Source: Octopus vulgaris (taxonomy: Eukaryota). Taken from it: a stretch of 64,000 nt of DNA. The notes below the pieces were generated by a model, which did no database searches, was not told where the DNA came from, and saw only the letters and a program-made list of their open reading frames with translations. This document shows positions 25,972-37,539 of the stretch, in pieces; the stretch's first letter is position 1, and each line of letters opens with the position of its first letter. The stretch covers positions 42,966,001-43,030,000 of the forward strand of contig OX597819.1 of NCBI GenBank assembly GCA_951406725.2, read 5' to 3'. A program made the translations under genes and the position numbers.

Positions 25972-28807
25972 TTCTATCATAACATAAAAGTGAACTTATC
26001 TTTTAAGTTCAAAAAGAAAACTTCGGGGACTCATTATAGTAGTGTCACGGATAACAAATTCTGATTGATCCCTATCAGGAAGCAACAGGGAATGATGATT
26101 GTAATGGTGGTGGTGATGATAACGATGATGATGATGATGATGAGGATGATGATGATGATGATGAAGAGGAGGAGGAGGGGGAGGATACAAGGTAAAATGT
26201 AAAGTAACCTCACCACAGTCACCTCAAAAATGAGAACCTCACCTCGAGAAATGCAATAAATGCCAGATGTTAATGTTACATAGAACAAGGTAAATCCTTT
26301 TGCTCCCATTGATGGTTGACCCAAATTAGGAAAGAAGAGAAGGTGGGTAAATGAGTAAGGTAGGTAGGTCTGTGGGTGGTAAATGAGTAAGAGCCAAGTA
26401 AAAAGAAAAAAAACCCACGTAAGCCAGATGTTGGTTGATACTAAAAGAAGTTTTAAAAAGATTGTCTGTCAGATAATAATCTGTGGTCAAAATGAATGCC
26501 TGTAGGGGGCGTTAGTGTAGAATAAGGAAGGAATAAGTAGTAACACTGCAACACTATTGAAGTCAAAAAGTTGTTGCAGACAACACTGGAGTTCTTAATA
26601 GATTCCATTATGAATTCTTGAAAATGAAGAAGAAAAAAACACCTAATTGATTTTTCATTTCAAGAAACTTATGTGAATGACTAAATAGCTGTTATTTCAT
26701 GCTAGAAATTAGAAAGAAAGATAAGTGGGGGTGGGGTGGAGGGAAAGACATGATAAAATGAAAAATAAAAAATTTCCTAATGCAAGCACCTTAAGACGAT
26801 GTCTCAAAAATTATCAACAGTCAATGAAAAATGAAGAAAAGAAGTCATTCAATTTTCACCTTGTTTAATTTTATTTACACTCTCGGTTGATGAATGCCTG
26901 ACAAAGTGTTATCATTAACAAAAGAACAACACGCGCTGGAAGGAGAGAAGAAGAAGATATAAATAAGACCTGCCATAATTATAGGTAAAAGAAAGTGAGC
27001 TGACATTACCACCTTGTGGTGATAATAGAAATTCCTTAAAATTAATTACCGAATTCTATGGCTGTGTTTGTGATTGCATGTATTATTTAAAATTGAAGCT
27101 AAAATGATAAACAAGTATGCAGCTGGTAATTAGAAAACAAAATAGCGAAAACTTTTAGTGTATCTTTAAAAACATTTTAAAGAGTGTAGAGTGTGTGTGT
27201 ATGTGTGTATACATGTACACATATAAACGGTTAAAGAGAGAGAAAAGTAAAATGAAATTGTCGTAAACAAAGTTAAATAAAGTTATAAAACATAATTTCT
27301 CATCAGAAAATTTTGACCTACCAATAGTCTAAAACTAATGCAAACCATTCGAAAATGCAATTTACTGACATCAATAACAGCAAATTAAATGTTTGATCTT
27401 AAACCAGAGAAAAATACTCAAATATTTGTGCATATTAAATAAGTGTGTACAAGTTTAGTGTATGCAAACAGTTATATATTTAATTTATAGCTTTGGCAGT
27501 GAGAGTATTAATGTAATAAGGTATAGAAATATAAAACTGGCTATATTTTATATAATAAATAAAGTATAAACCATTTGAAGACTAAACTTAATGGAAATGA
27601 TTTTTTTGTTTTTTTTTTAAAGAATTACCATTAAGTTTAATTTGAAAACAAGACTAAAATATCATTTTGTAATCTAGCATTGCAATTTGGATATCTAACA
27701 AGATGGCAGCAAGTTATGGCAGGCAATCTTATATTTAAAGAGTATGGCTATTGCTAAAAAGCCTAAAAATAACAAAAAAGGAAAGAAAAGAAAAAATATG
27801 CACACATACACACATGTACGTACACACACACACAGAGTGGAGGCTAAGTCATGGAAATGAAAGAAAAGTTAGAAGGTGAACCAGGCATTTAAGAGAAAGA
27901 AAAAAAAATTAAAAGTTAGATGAGTGAAAGAACTAAACGGTTGAGTGGCAGACTACAAGAGATAAACTTACAAGAGTAAGTGAACTTGGAACTAGTGTAC
28001 ATAGAGGCCAACATTTTATTTCCTTGACAACATCCAATGTTGTTAGTTTATTTCGGCAATTCCAAACAGCTGCTAGATTGTTAGAATTAGACAGTCATTT
28101 GATATGGAGCTAAAATCAGGACCATGTGCTGTTGGAATAAACCAACAAATAAATAAGCTTTGTTTTTTTGGGGGGTTCTTTTTGTTCATTATTATCTTTT
28201 GTTTTGTTTTTGTTTACTTACATGAAGCTTTTTTTTTTTTTTTTTGACACCTTAGTTTGAATGAACAGAATTATAATGGAATTGAAGATTGCAATCTAAA
28301 CTGCCACCCATTTTAAGCTTCTGACATGCTTAGTTAGAGGCCTGTACCCTCTCTTAGGCTTCCTCATTCTTTCTTCCAAGCAAAAGATTTACCCACCCTA
28401 GCAACTGACCTACAGCAGTTCTCAGGCAGAAGGGACAACAAATGTTAGCAATTCTCTGTTTTCAACCCACAGGGAATTTAACAGTTATGTGCTTGCCCCT
28501 AAATGAAGCTAAAACAATATAGAAAAAAAAAACAACAAAAAAAACCCTCGCTTTAGAAGGAAGTTTTTCAACAGCAAACCAAAGTTTATCTTACATGACC
28601 ATTATTTACTTCAAATAGGAACAATTTAATATATTCTTATTTTGAAATAGCTATTTCTATGCTACAGTAGATGATAGGAAAACTAAAACTCGAATTTAGT
28701 ATATCATTAGATCTAATGAGACAAGAAAAATAAGGACTGAGATTAGCCATTAAGAAGGATGTTCCAGTTGTAAGAATCTAATGAAAAAAAAAAACAACAT
28801 TTCTATA

Positions 28808-29640
28808 TGTGGCTGTGTGGTAGGAAGTTTGCTTCCCAACCACATGGTCTCAGGTTGAGTCCCTACTAGTTGTAAGCCAACAAAAGACATGTGAGTGAAT
28901 TTGGTGTGACAGAAACTGTAAAGGCGGCAAGCTGGCAGAAACGTTAGCACGCCGGGCGAAATGCTTGGCGGTTTTTCGTCTGCCGTTACGTTCTGAGTTC
29001 AAATTCCACCAAGGTCGACTTTGCCTTTCATCCTTTCAGGGTCGATAAATTAAGTACTAAGTTATGCACCGAGGTCGATGTAATCGACTTAATCCCTTTG
29101 TCTGTCCTTGTTTGTCCCGTCTATGTTTAGCCCTTTGTGGGCAATAAAGAAATAAGTAACTGTCTATATGTGCGTGTATGTGTGTGTGTGTGTCTTTGTT
29201 TTTGTGTTTGTCTTCACCACCGCTTGACAACAGGTGTTGATGTGTTTACATCCCTGTAACTTAGCAGTTTGGCAAAAGAGACCAATAGAGTAAGTACCAA
29301 CCAAGTTTTAAAAAAAAAGAAAATAAAAAAGTGCTAGGATCGATTCATTTGACTAAAAATTCTTCAAGGCGGTGTCCCAGCATGGCCACAGTCAAATGAC
29401 TGACAAATAAAAATTAAAATAAGGATAAAAGAAGATGTGTGTATGTATCTTTATGTTTGTCTCCTCCACCCCACCCCACAACCAGTGTTGATTTGTTTAC
29501 GCTCTCATAACTTTGCAGTCTGGCAAAAAGGAACTGATAGAATAAGCAGCAGACTTAGACAAAAGAAACAAATAAGTACTGAGGTTGATTTGCTCAATGA
29601 AACCCTTCAAAGCAGTGCCCTAGCATGACTAAAACAAGCA
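28808..29640 (+). mobile_element. SINE A interrupted by SINE B (28921-29155), followed by an extra SINE A tail
   Basis: SINE A head to 28920, SINE B aaggcggcaagctggcagaaacgttagcacgccgggc...gcaataaagaaataag, then SINE A resumes. Confidence 0.8.
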
Positions 29641-30082
29641 GAAATTAATTTTTGATTAAGTAGGCAATATTAATCTGTAGTTAAGAATTTGGAAAATTAA
29701 CTATTGAAATGATTTTATAATTCCACTTAAGTTAGAAAATAAAATCCCAACAGTAATCAAAGACTTGTGGGATAAACAGTTAAAAGAGAAATGCTGCATT
29801 CCAGAGAACAGATTTAAAAAAATAATTCCAAAGGAATACTAAATTAATTTACTTATATTAATAATTTTACAGTTTTCAGTTAAGAGTTTTTCTTAGAATT
29901 ACAAAAAACTATTTGTATTTTGTTTTTAAACCCTATTCTAGAATTTGGCAAAATTTCTGATTAAAAGTGATACACAAAAGACAGCCAGAGTGTGCACGTC
30001 TGTGAGAGGGGTGAGTGCAAGAGGTAAATGATGAAAGGCATTGATAATTTAGTGATATGATAAATAAATAAGACTGAAATAG

Positions 30083-30116
<34 letters not shown>

Positions 30117-30239
30117 CAGGGGTAGTGTTAATACCAAGAAGGATAATTTATTTCCACTTAAAAGTAGAAATTCTGTTGGCTAGTTTTAACAGAACACTCA
30201 TGGTTAAGTGTGAATAAATCATTACACTTTGAAATATCA

Positions 30240-31135
30240 TTTCATTTTACTTGTTTCAGTCATGTGACTGCAGCCATGCTGGAGAACCACCTTTAGTCAA
30301 AGAAATTTGACCTCAGGGCTTGTTCTTTGTAAGCCTAGGGCCTACTCTATCAGTTTCTTTTGCCAAACTGCTAAGTTACAGGGATGTAAACAGATCAGCA
30401 TCTGTTGTCAAGTGATGGTGGGGGAACAAACACAAATATATATGTATATATATATATATATATATATACATCCATATATATATATATTAGAGATAAAACT
30501 ACTATTATGCAACTCAAACAGTGATAGACATAAACCAAAACATAAATAACAAATAATATATATTTTTATAAAATATATAACTAGATCTCAAAAAGTATAA
30601 ATATTTATATATTTATATTATATATACATGATGGACTTCTTTCAGTTTCCATCTGCCAAATTCACTCAAAAGGCTTTGGTTGGTCTGAAGCTTATAGTAG
30701 AAGACACTCGCTCAAGTTGCCACACAGTGGGACTGAACCTGGAACAATATGGTCGGGAAGCAAGCTTCTTACCACACAGCCACGCCTGTAGCTTAAATCA
30801 AAATTTAAGCGGCACTGTGAAGTGGCTGGGGTTAGAAACAGTATCCAGCTGGGTAAATTAAGCCAAAAATGAAGCATACAAGCAAAATGTGATGCTCTGA
30901 ACATTTACGAAAATTGACTTAAAACTGTGACAACCTGTCCAACCTAGTGTAAAACAATGACGATGAAGACGAGGTGCAGGTGTGGTTGTATGACTAAGAA
31001 GCTTGCTTTGAAACTGTGTGGTTCCAGTTTCAATCCAACTGCAGTGCCTCGAGCTAGTGTCTTCTATCTACAACAGGAATCAACCCAAACTTTTGTAAAT
31101 GGAATTTGGTGAACCAAAACTATAAAGAAGCCCAC
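30240..31135. mobile_element. SINE A minus copy (30240-30790) and plus head (30972-31135), head to head
   Basis: SINE A head blocks in opposite orientations about 180 bp apart. Confidence 0.75.
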
Positions 31136-31144
31136 ATACACTTA

Positions 31145-31179
<35 letters not shown>

Positions 31180-31180
<1 letters not shown>

Positions 31181-31297
31181 TTTATTCAAAAGCAGCAGAA
31201 ATTCAACAAAACCTGTTACTCTGAGTTTCACGTTCCCGTTCATCGGACAGTTTTTGAGTAACAGGTTTTGTTGAATTTCTGCTGCTTTTAAATAAAG
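31180..31297. repeat. 42-bp inverted repeat with 34-nt spacer holding a hammerhead core
   Basis: 31180-31221 versus 31256-31297, one mismatch; (TA)n on both sides of the whole insert (to about 31368). Confidence 0.92.
31207..31254 (-). ncRNA. Minimal type I hammerhead ribozyme motif (Penelope-like)
   Basis: Minus strand: CUGU (I) CCGAUGA ACG-GGAA-CGU (II) GAAA CUC-A-GAG (III) UA ACAG (I'). Predicted cut after GUA at 31217/31216. Core has C in place of U4. Confidence 0.7.
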
Positions 31298-31368
31298 CAT
31301 ATTACTCTACCCCTGATATTTGAGTACTCTTTTTTCCACCTTGTTTCACATTTATGTGTTTACTCCAG

Positions 31369-31400
<32 letters not shown>

Positions 31401-31505
31401 AATGTTGGTTATGTTACATTCATTTATCTCCCAATACTTAACAATTGCAATAAAAAAAATATACCAAAATGAAATAAGTTTCACAGCTGATATGATTGAC
31501 TAAAC

Positions 31506-31836
31506 CAGGAGTACACAACCATTTTTTATCTATGGACCCCTTTGATTATTATTCAATTCTGGAGGACCCCATAGGCATTCGATGTTTAAAAACTAGTTTT
31601 ATAGAAACTACTTTCAAAATTCCTATTTTGTTTTTCACACATTAACTGAGTTGAACCGTGTAAAATGTTGTTTCTTGCAATACATCCAGTACATACATCT
31701 AAAGCAAAATTTTTTCTCAGGAGCCCTTAGAATACTATTGTGGATCCCCATTTTACTATTTTGTTGTATGGACCCACACACACAAAATCTTATATGGACT
31801 TTCAGGGGTTATATGGACCCTGGTTGACAACCACTA
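31506..31836. mobile_element. hAT-like MITE with 8-bp TSD, inserted in a SINE tail
   Basis: Ends caggagtacacaacc and ggttgacaaccacta. Flanks gactaaac (31498-31505) and ggctaaac (31837-31844). Confidence 0.75.
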
Positions 31837-31914
31837 GGCTAAACCTTTGAAGGCAGTGCCTCATATGGTCACAGTCCACTGAATGGAACCAACAAAAGTA
31901 TATATATATATATA

Positions 31915-32100
31915 TCATCATCATCATTTAACGTCTGCTTTCCATGCTAGCATGGGTTGGACGGTTCGACTGGGGTCTAGGAAGCCAGGAGGCCGCACCA
32001 GGCCCAGTCTGATCTGGCAGTGTTTCTACAGCTGGATGCCCTTCCTAACACCAACCACTCCGTGAGTGTAGTGGGTGCTTTTTACGTGCCACCGGCACGA
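31915..32100 (-). mobile_element. RTE-type 3' UTR fragment
   Basis: Reverse complement of the 6140-6325 UTR with a (CAT)n tail at the left end. Confidence 0.7.
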
Positions 32101-32133
32101 TAGTGTAGTATATGTATATGTGTGTGTATACAA

Positions 32134-32236
<103 letters not shown>

Positions 32237-32789
32237 TCAACACAGAACTTGAACATAAGTGATCTAACAAATAAGAAATTTATCCTAACACCTAAACATC
32301 ACAATTTTGTTGAAATCTATATTTCAATAGTTCTTTGATTGATGACAGTATTTCTGTTTATAGATTGATTAAAAGGAGAACGGTGTGGACTGTGTATAAT
32401 TTTCTTGTTTTTTTTTTAAGAAAACAATTTTTAATGCTTTATGTCAAGTGAGCCAAAATAGCTCTCTCTTCTGATGGTTTCATTTAGTTTTGATAAGAAA
32501 CAGCAAATCATAATGGCTTCAGACTGCGAATTTCTTTTGTGCGTTTAAGTTATTGGGTTTTACTATTCCACCATGGTTTTTGTTATTGTCTGTTTTTAAA
32601 ATTTTCTTTTATTTTTGTTACTTTTTTTTTTGCTACAGTCAATTTATTGAATAAATTGTCATTAATTGTAATAATGATTATATCTAACATGTTAAAGTTT
32701 GGCATAAAATCCATAAGGGTTTTTAGAGCAGACAAAAATAAACAAAAATAAATAGATAAATAAAATAACAAGTATTTTGTTAGATTTTT

Positions 32790-32940
32790 GAGCTTTTGGG
32801 GCTTGTTTTGGTCATTTGGCTGCAGCCATGCTGGGGCACCACCTTCAAGAGTTTTAGTCAACCAAATCAACCCTCCCCCAAGAATGTAAACACACCAACA
32901 CCAGTTGTTAAGTGGTGCTGGGGTACAGACACAGACACAA

Positions 32941-32989
<49 letters not shown>

Positions 32990-33150
32990 GGGTTTCTTTC
33001 AGTTTCATCTATCAAATCCACCCAAAAGGCTTTGATCAGCACCCAAGGCTACAGTAGAAGTCACTTGCCAAAGGTGCCATACAATGGGACTGAAACCAGA
33101 ACCATGTGGTTGGGAAGCAAGCTTCTTACCACACAGCCATGCCTGCACCT
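32790..33150 (-). mobile_element. SINE A copy
   Basis: Head, core, (TA)n and partial tail match SINE A. Confidence 0.8.
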
Positions 33151-33850
33151 GTACACTTTTTCTCTCTCTCTCTCTCTCACTCTTTCTATCCATATCTGTA
33201 GCTGTTTGGGTGTCCGGAAGAAAAGAAAAAGAAAAAAAAAACATTCTCAATCTAAGCTTAATCTTCTTCAGTACATACATTATTTCATTGTGGTACAATT
33301 ATTTACCCAGAAAACAAGAAATGACTCATACATGCAACCGACAGAGAACTGCAGTTGTTGAGAAGGCATAAATAATGTGTTAGAAAGAGAATGGAGAAAA
33401 TTCAGCTTATTACTTTAAAGAGCACATATCTAAGAGAGACACGCAGAAAACAGAATGACTATATAAAGCATTAATTTACTAAGTTATATTAAATAATATT
33501 ATAATTGACGGAAATTTAGCATATATTTACTAACACCCTGGTAATTGCAACAGTAAATTTGCTTAATGCTTGTTAAAAGAGAGCTTAAGTTTACTTTTCA
33601 TGCGATTACTTAGTGTCTCTAATTATTGTTGACCTTTTCAAGACACAAGATACTACAGTCGAGGCTGGTTTGTTTTTAAAGCAACCTGTGGTATAAAATG
33701 AATTATCAGTATGGTTTGTGCAGTTTAGAAGTTTGTTTCAGAACCATGTGGTTTCGGGTTCAATCCCACTGCGTGACATCTTGGCCAAGTATCTTCTATT
33801 CATAGACACAGCCTGACCAATATCATGTGAAATCGATGTATGAAAGCCTC

Positions 33851-33882
<32 letters not shown>

Positions 33883-35049
33883 TGTGCGCATGTGAGAGAA
33901 AAGTAGCATGTAACAGAGAAAGATTGTGCGTGTGTGTGTGTGTGCAGTTCCCTCTCTCCGTATGCAAGTGAGAAAGAGAAAGTATGTGTGCATGCGCACA
34001 TGCACCTCTCTCTGTATGTCCATATGTGCATACATATGCACACACATGCATTCGCGTCAGCATGTCTTTACTTCATTCCACTTCTGTGGTTACGCTTTAT
34101 ATCTCCCATTCAACAGTAGTGGCTAGACGTGTGAAGACAGAATAAAAGTATCTTACTCGAAAACTGAAGCTTGACAACAAAGAAGGGCATCTGGGCCATA
34201 GAATATTTTCACAAGAAATCTTACCCGGCCTATGCTGCTAGTCTTTAAAAAGCAGATGGGATGAGATATGATGATGACGACGATGATGATGATGATGATG
34301 ATGAGATATTTCAGATCTTAAACGTTTCATGAAACAAATATCCAAACCTAGCATGGACTGAGTATGCACACACCCACACACATGTATGTGCACTATATGA
34401 TTTAATATCCACTTTTTTTTTCTTCTTTTTTTCCCCATTTTTTTGATGATATTTTACTGGCATAAATGATAATAGATAGATGTATTAAGTTACTTACATT
34501 AAAAATTGGATATAACATCCAAAGAGATTATACGGGGACAGATTTACTGTGAAATATGTTAACTGTGTGTATCATATTATACGGCTTTATAATATTACAC
34601 CACACACAATTATAAACTTAGAATTGAGCGCTTCTTTTCTGATATGAAAATGTATATTTGCATACATTCTATAATGTATACTGTTACCATTCTTCAGAGT
34701 ATTAGCACATGTTAGTAAGAGCAAACATCCAGAATATTCTATCTTTTCTACATCAACTACATCAATTTTCTCTGTTCTATATTAGCATTTTTTTTTGTTT
34801 GTTTTTTTTTTTTTTGGAAAAGCTGTTAAATGATTCTAGATCAAGTATAATACATTTGTTGAGACTTTCATGTTACCTGGGTTCTCATACTGTAAGAAAG
34901 ACAAGCTTGCTTCAATCAATTTTTTGACAACGGAAAACAAAAGGATTTTATTTGATAGCAAGACTATACACATTTTGCTAAACCACAAAATAATTTTATC
35001 ATCTATTTTTCATAACAAAATTATATATATATATAAATATATATATGTA

Positions 35050-35295
35050 CAAAGGTGCATGACCTAGTAGTTGCATTCATGATTGCTAGATTGTGGGTTC
35101 AATTCCCAAACTGAGGGACATGTGCTCTTGAGCAAAACACTTCATTTCATGTTGCTCCATTCCTCCCTTCCATCAATGGGGGATGTTGGCCTGCTCACCT
35201 AGCCAGCAGTATGGTGTCATTTGAAGGCTAAAACAATGCAAAGTGCATTGTGGCCAGTGATGTGTAACATATTATAGCCTGGTCGGTCACATGAT
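35050..35295 (+). mobile_element. SINE sharing head and core with family C but with a different tail
   Basis: ggtgcatgacctagtagtt ... cttgagcaaaacacttcatttcatgttgctcca, then an unrelated 3' part. A minus-strand head/core relative lies near 20880-21010. Confidence 0.65.
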
Positions 35296-36249
35296 CACAC
35301 ACACAGACACATATATTTATAACCAACTTAAATTACTATAGATTAAAATGCTCACACATGCACACACAGGTAGTACTGAATAGAAGAAAAAAGTACTCAA
35401 TACCTTATGGGTAGAGTAAAATAATTTATCTCAGCTGAATCGGTTGTTGCTCTAGAATTTCTCTGGATGACCAGCTGACCAACCTGTACCTTCACTGACC
35501 CTGAGGGAGCTGTTTCATAAACTGGTCATTCAAGGGGAAACTTCAAAGTAACAGGCAACTAACTCAGCCAGAAACGCACACACACACACACATATACATC
35601 CACACGCATATAGTTTCTGGCTCATAGATTTCACTCGAAAGGCATTGGTCAGTCTGAAGTTATAAGAGAAGACAACTGCCCAAATTACCACATGGTGAGG
35701 TTGAATACAAAACAACATAGCTGCAATGTAAATTCCTTACCCACACAGTCACACATGAGTCTAAATTCACACATGAGCCTAAATTATCATCATTTATCTC
35801 CTCATCCGTCATTATCATCACTTTAACATCTACTTTCCCATGGCAGCATGGGTTTGGCAATAGTATATTGGGGCAGAGTTTTCTATGGTCTCGCGCCCTT
35901 CCTGCCACCAATCCCCACCTATTTCCAAAGTGAAGTTATAACCACCCAGTCTACCGAACGACAAATAACCTGGAAATGTTTACATGGAGAAAAGGTAACA
36001 AGACTCCAAAACAAGTAATTGTATTTACAAAGTTTACACACCATATCAAGACCTCGTTAACTTTAATAATTTTGTTTAAATCACAGCAAACATCAAAGGA
36101 ATACAATAGGCAACAAATCATAGACAAACATCTACTAATTTATATTTCACCATATTAATAAAGACCTAAAACCTCATGAAAAATAATGGTCTTTTAAATA
36201 ATGAGGCCTCATTTGCTAATGTTAATTGCTTTTAATTAAATTAAATCAT

Positions 36250-36466
36250 TACTTCAACATTTTGACCATATCAGGCCCAAATAGTTAACCTGTTATATTT
36301 TGAAACTGGTAATATCTGGCTTCTCACACCAACCCTACAACGCCATTCTAAAACTAAACAAGAAGATCATTGAAATCCTAAAGCTACAAGATAATGTATG
36401 ATTAATTCAACACAATATGAATAAGCAAGCATTACATTTAACAGAAGAATCTGAAATGCTAAAGGG
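36250..36466. mobile_element. piggyBac-like MITE, second copy (left end eroded)
   Basis: Shares accctacaa..cattctaaaa..gctacaagat..atgctaaaggg with 25748-25971. Confidence 0.55.
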
Positions 36467-36719
36467 CTAAATATAATTGGGGCAAATAAAATTGATATTT
36501 TAAGCAGGCCCTTTCAGACTCCAAGATGCTAAACTGCATAATGTTTAACATATGTCACTTAAAATCTCATCCCTGGTTAATCATGGACAGTATCTGCCCT
36601 CAGGCTTAGGCACACTGAGTAAGTGGCCAAAGAGCCCCCACGAGTTTAGGGTTCCAATGCTAACCATCTATGTATGCTGTGATTTGCTTTCAATAGAATA
36701 CACACACACACACAAAATT

Positions 36720-37105
36720 ACCTTTTGTGTGCATAGTTTGTGACAGACCATGCCTTTCTTTCGCTGGGCTCAAATCTCATTTGCAAATCCATGGTAAACG
36801 AAGTTCCACCAGCTATTCTGCTTATATGTCTGGGCACACCTTCCAATGCAATGTATGCCAGAAGTTCTGCAAATCTAATGGTAGCCTCAAAAGACATTTT
36901 AAGATCCACAAAGATCAGACCTTATCTGCAGCTCTTGGAGGTTCAAATTGGATATGCAGTCTATGAAGGGTGTCTTTTCAAAACATTGCCTGGTTTAAAA
37001 AGCCACATCAGATGTCATAATGGTTCTAAGGTGTAGGTACCGGAGGTGGTCAAACTCTGTGTAAGGAGTGGACAACCACCATATGTGTGTGTATATATAT
37101 ATATG
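36720..37105 (+). mobile_element. 3' end of a LINE (probably RTE) carrying three C2H2 zinc fingers
   Basis: CIVCDRPCLSFAGLKSHLQIH, CNVCQKFCKSNGSLKRHFKIH and a disrupted third finger (..FKTLPGLKSHIRCH). No TGEKP linkers. Short UTR with a ggtggt...accacc stem, then a (TG/TA)n tail. Confidence 0.65.
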
Positions 37106-37473
37106 TATTAGCAACCTTGGTGGATTGCTTTGCAGTGTAGGGGTACTATGATGGCTTTGACCATAGGTCATAACTTTGATCGTGTTTCATCATCTTGGTA
37201 AAAGGTTGAGTGCATACAAGCCTGAAACAGCAGCTACCCTGCCACCCCCCCCCCCCCCTATTAGATAAGTTCACATCAACACACAAACAGCCTTTAACAG
37301 GTATGGGGTATGAAAGAAAAGAAAAAAAGGAAATAAAAAAAATATGAGAAATTATTTAAATTTACTTTATGTATGTTATTGTGTGTAATATAATTATACA
37401 TGAAAGTACACAACTTAGATATAACTGTGCTTAGATATATATTAAAGAGAAGATCACAAGTTGTGTGTGTAGG

Positions 37474-37539
<66 letters not shown>

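Noticed and set aside
26243-26369. 127-nt minus-strand exon candidate (cccacag| ... gag|gtgagg)
   Set aside because: The acceptor tract is part of a short local duplication, and the only open frame is unremarkable and phase-incompatible with the other candidates.
36727-37036. Host C2H2 zinc-finger gene
   Set aside because: No TGEKP linkers, disrupted third finger and a LINE-like 3' tail; recorded as a retroelement instead.
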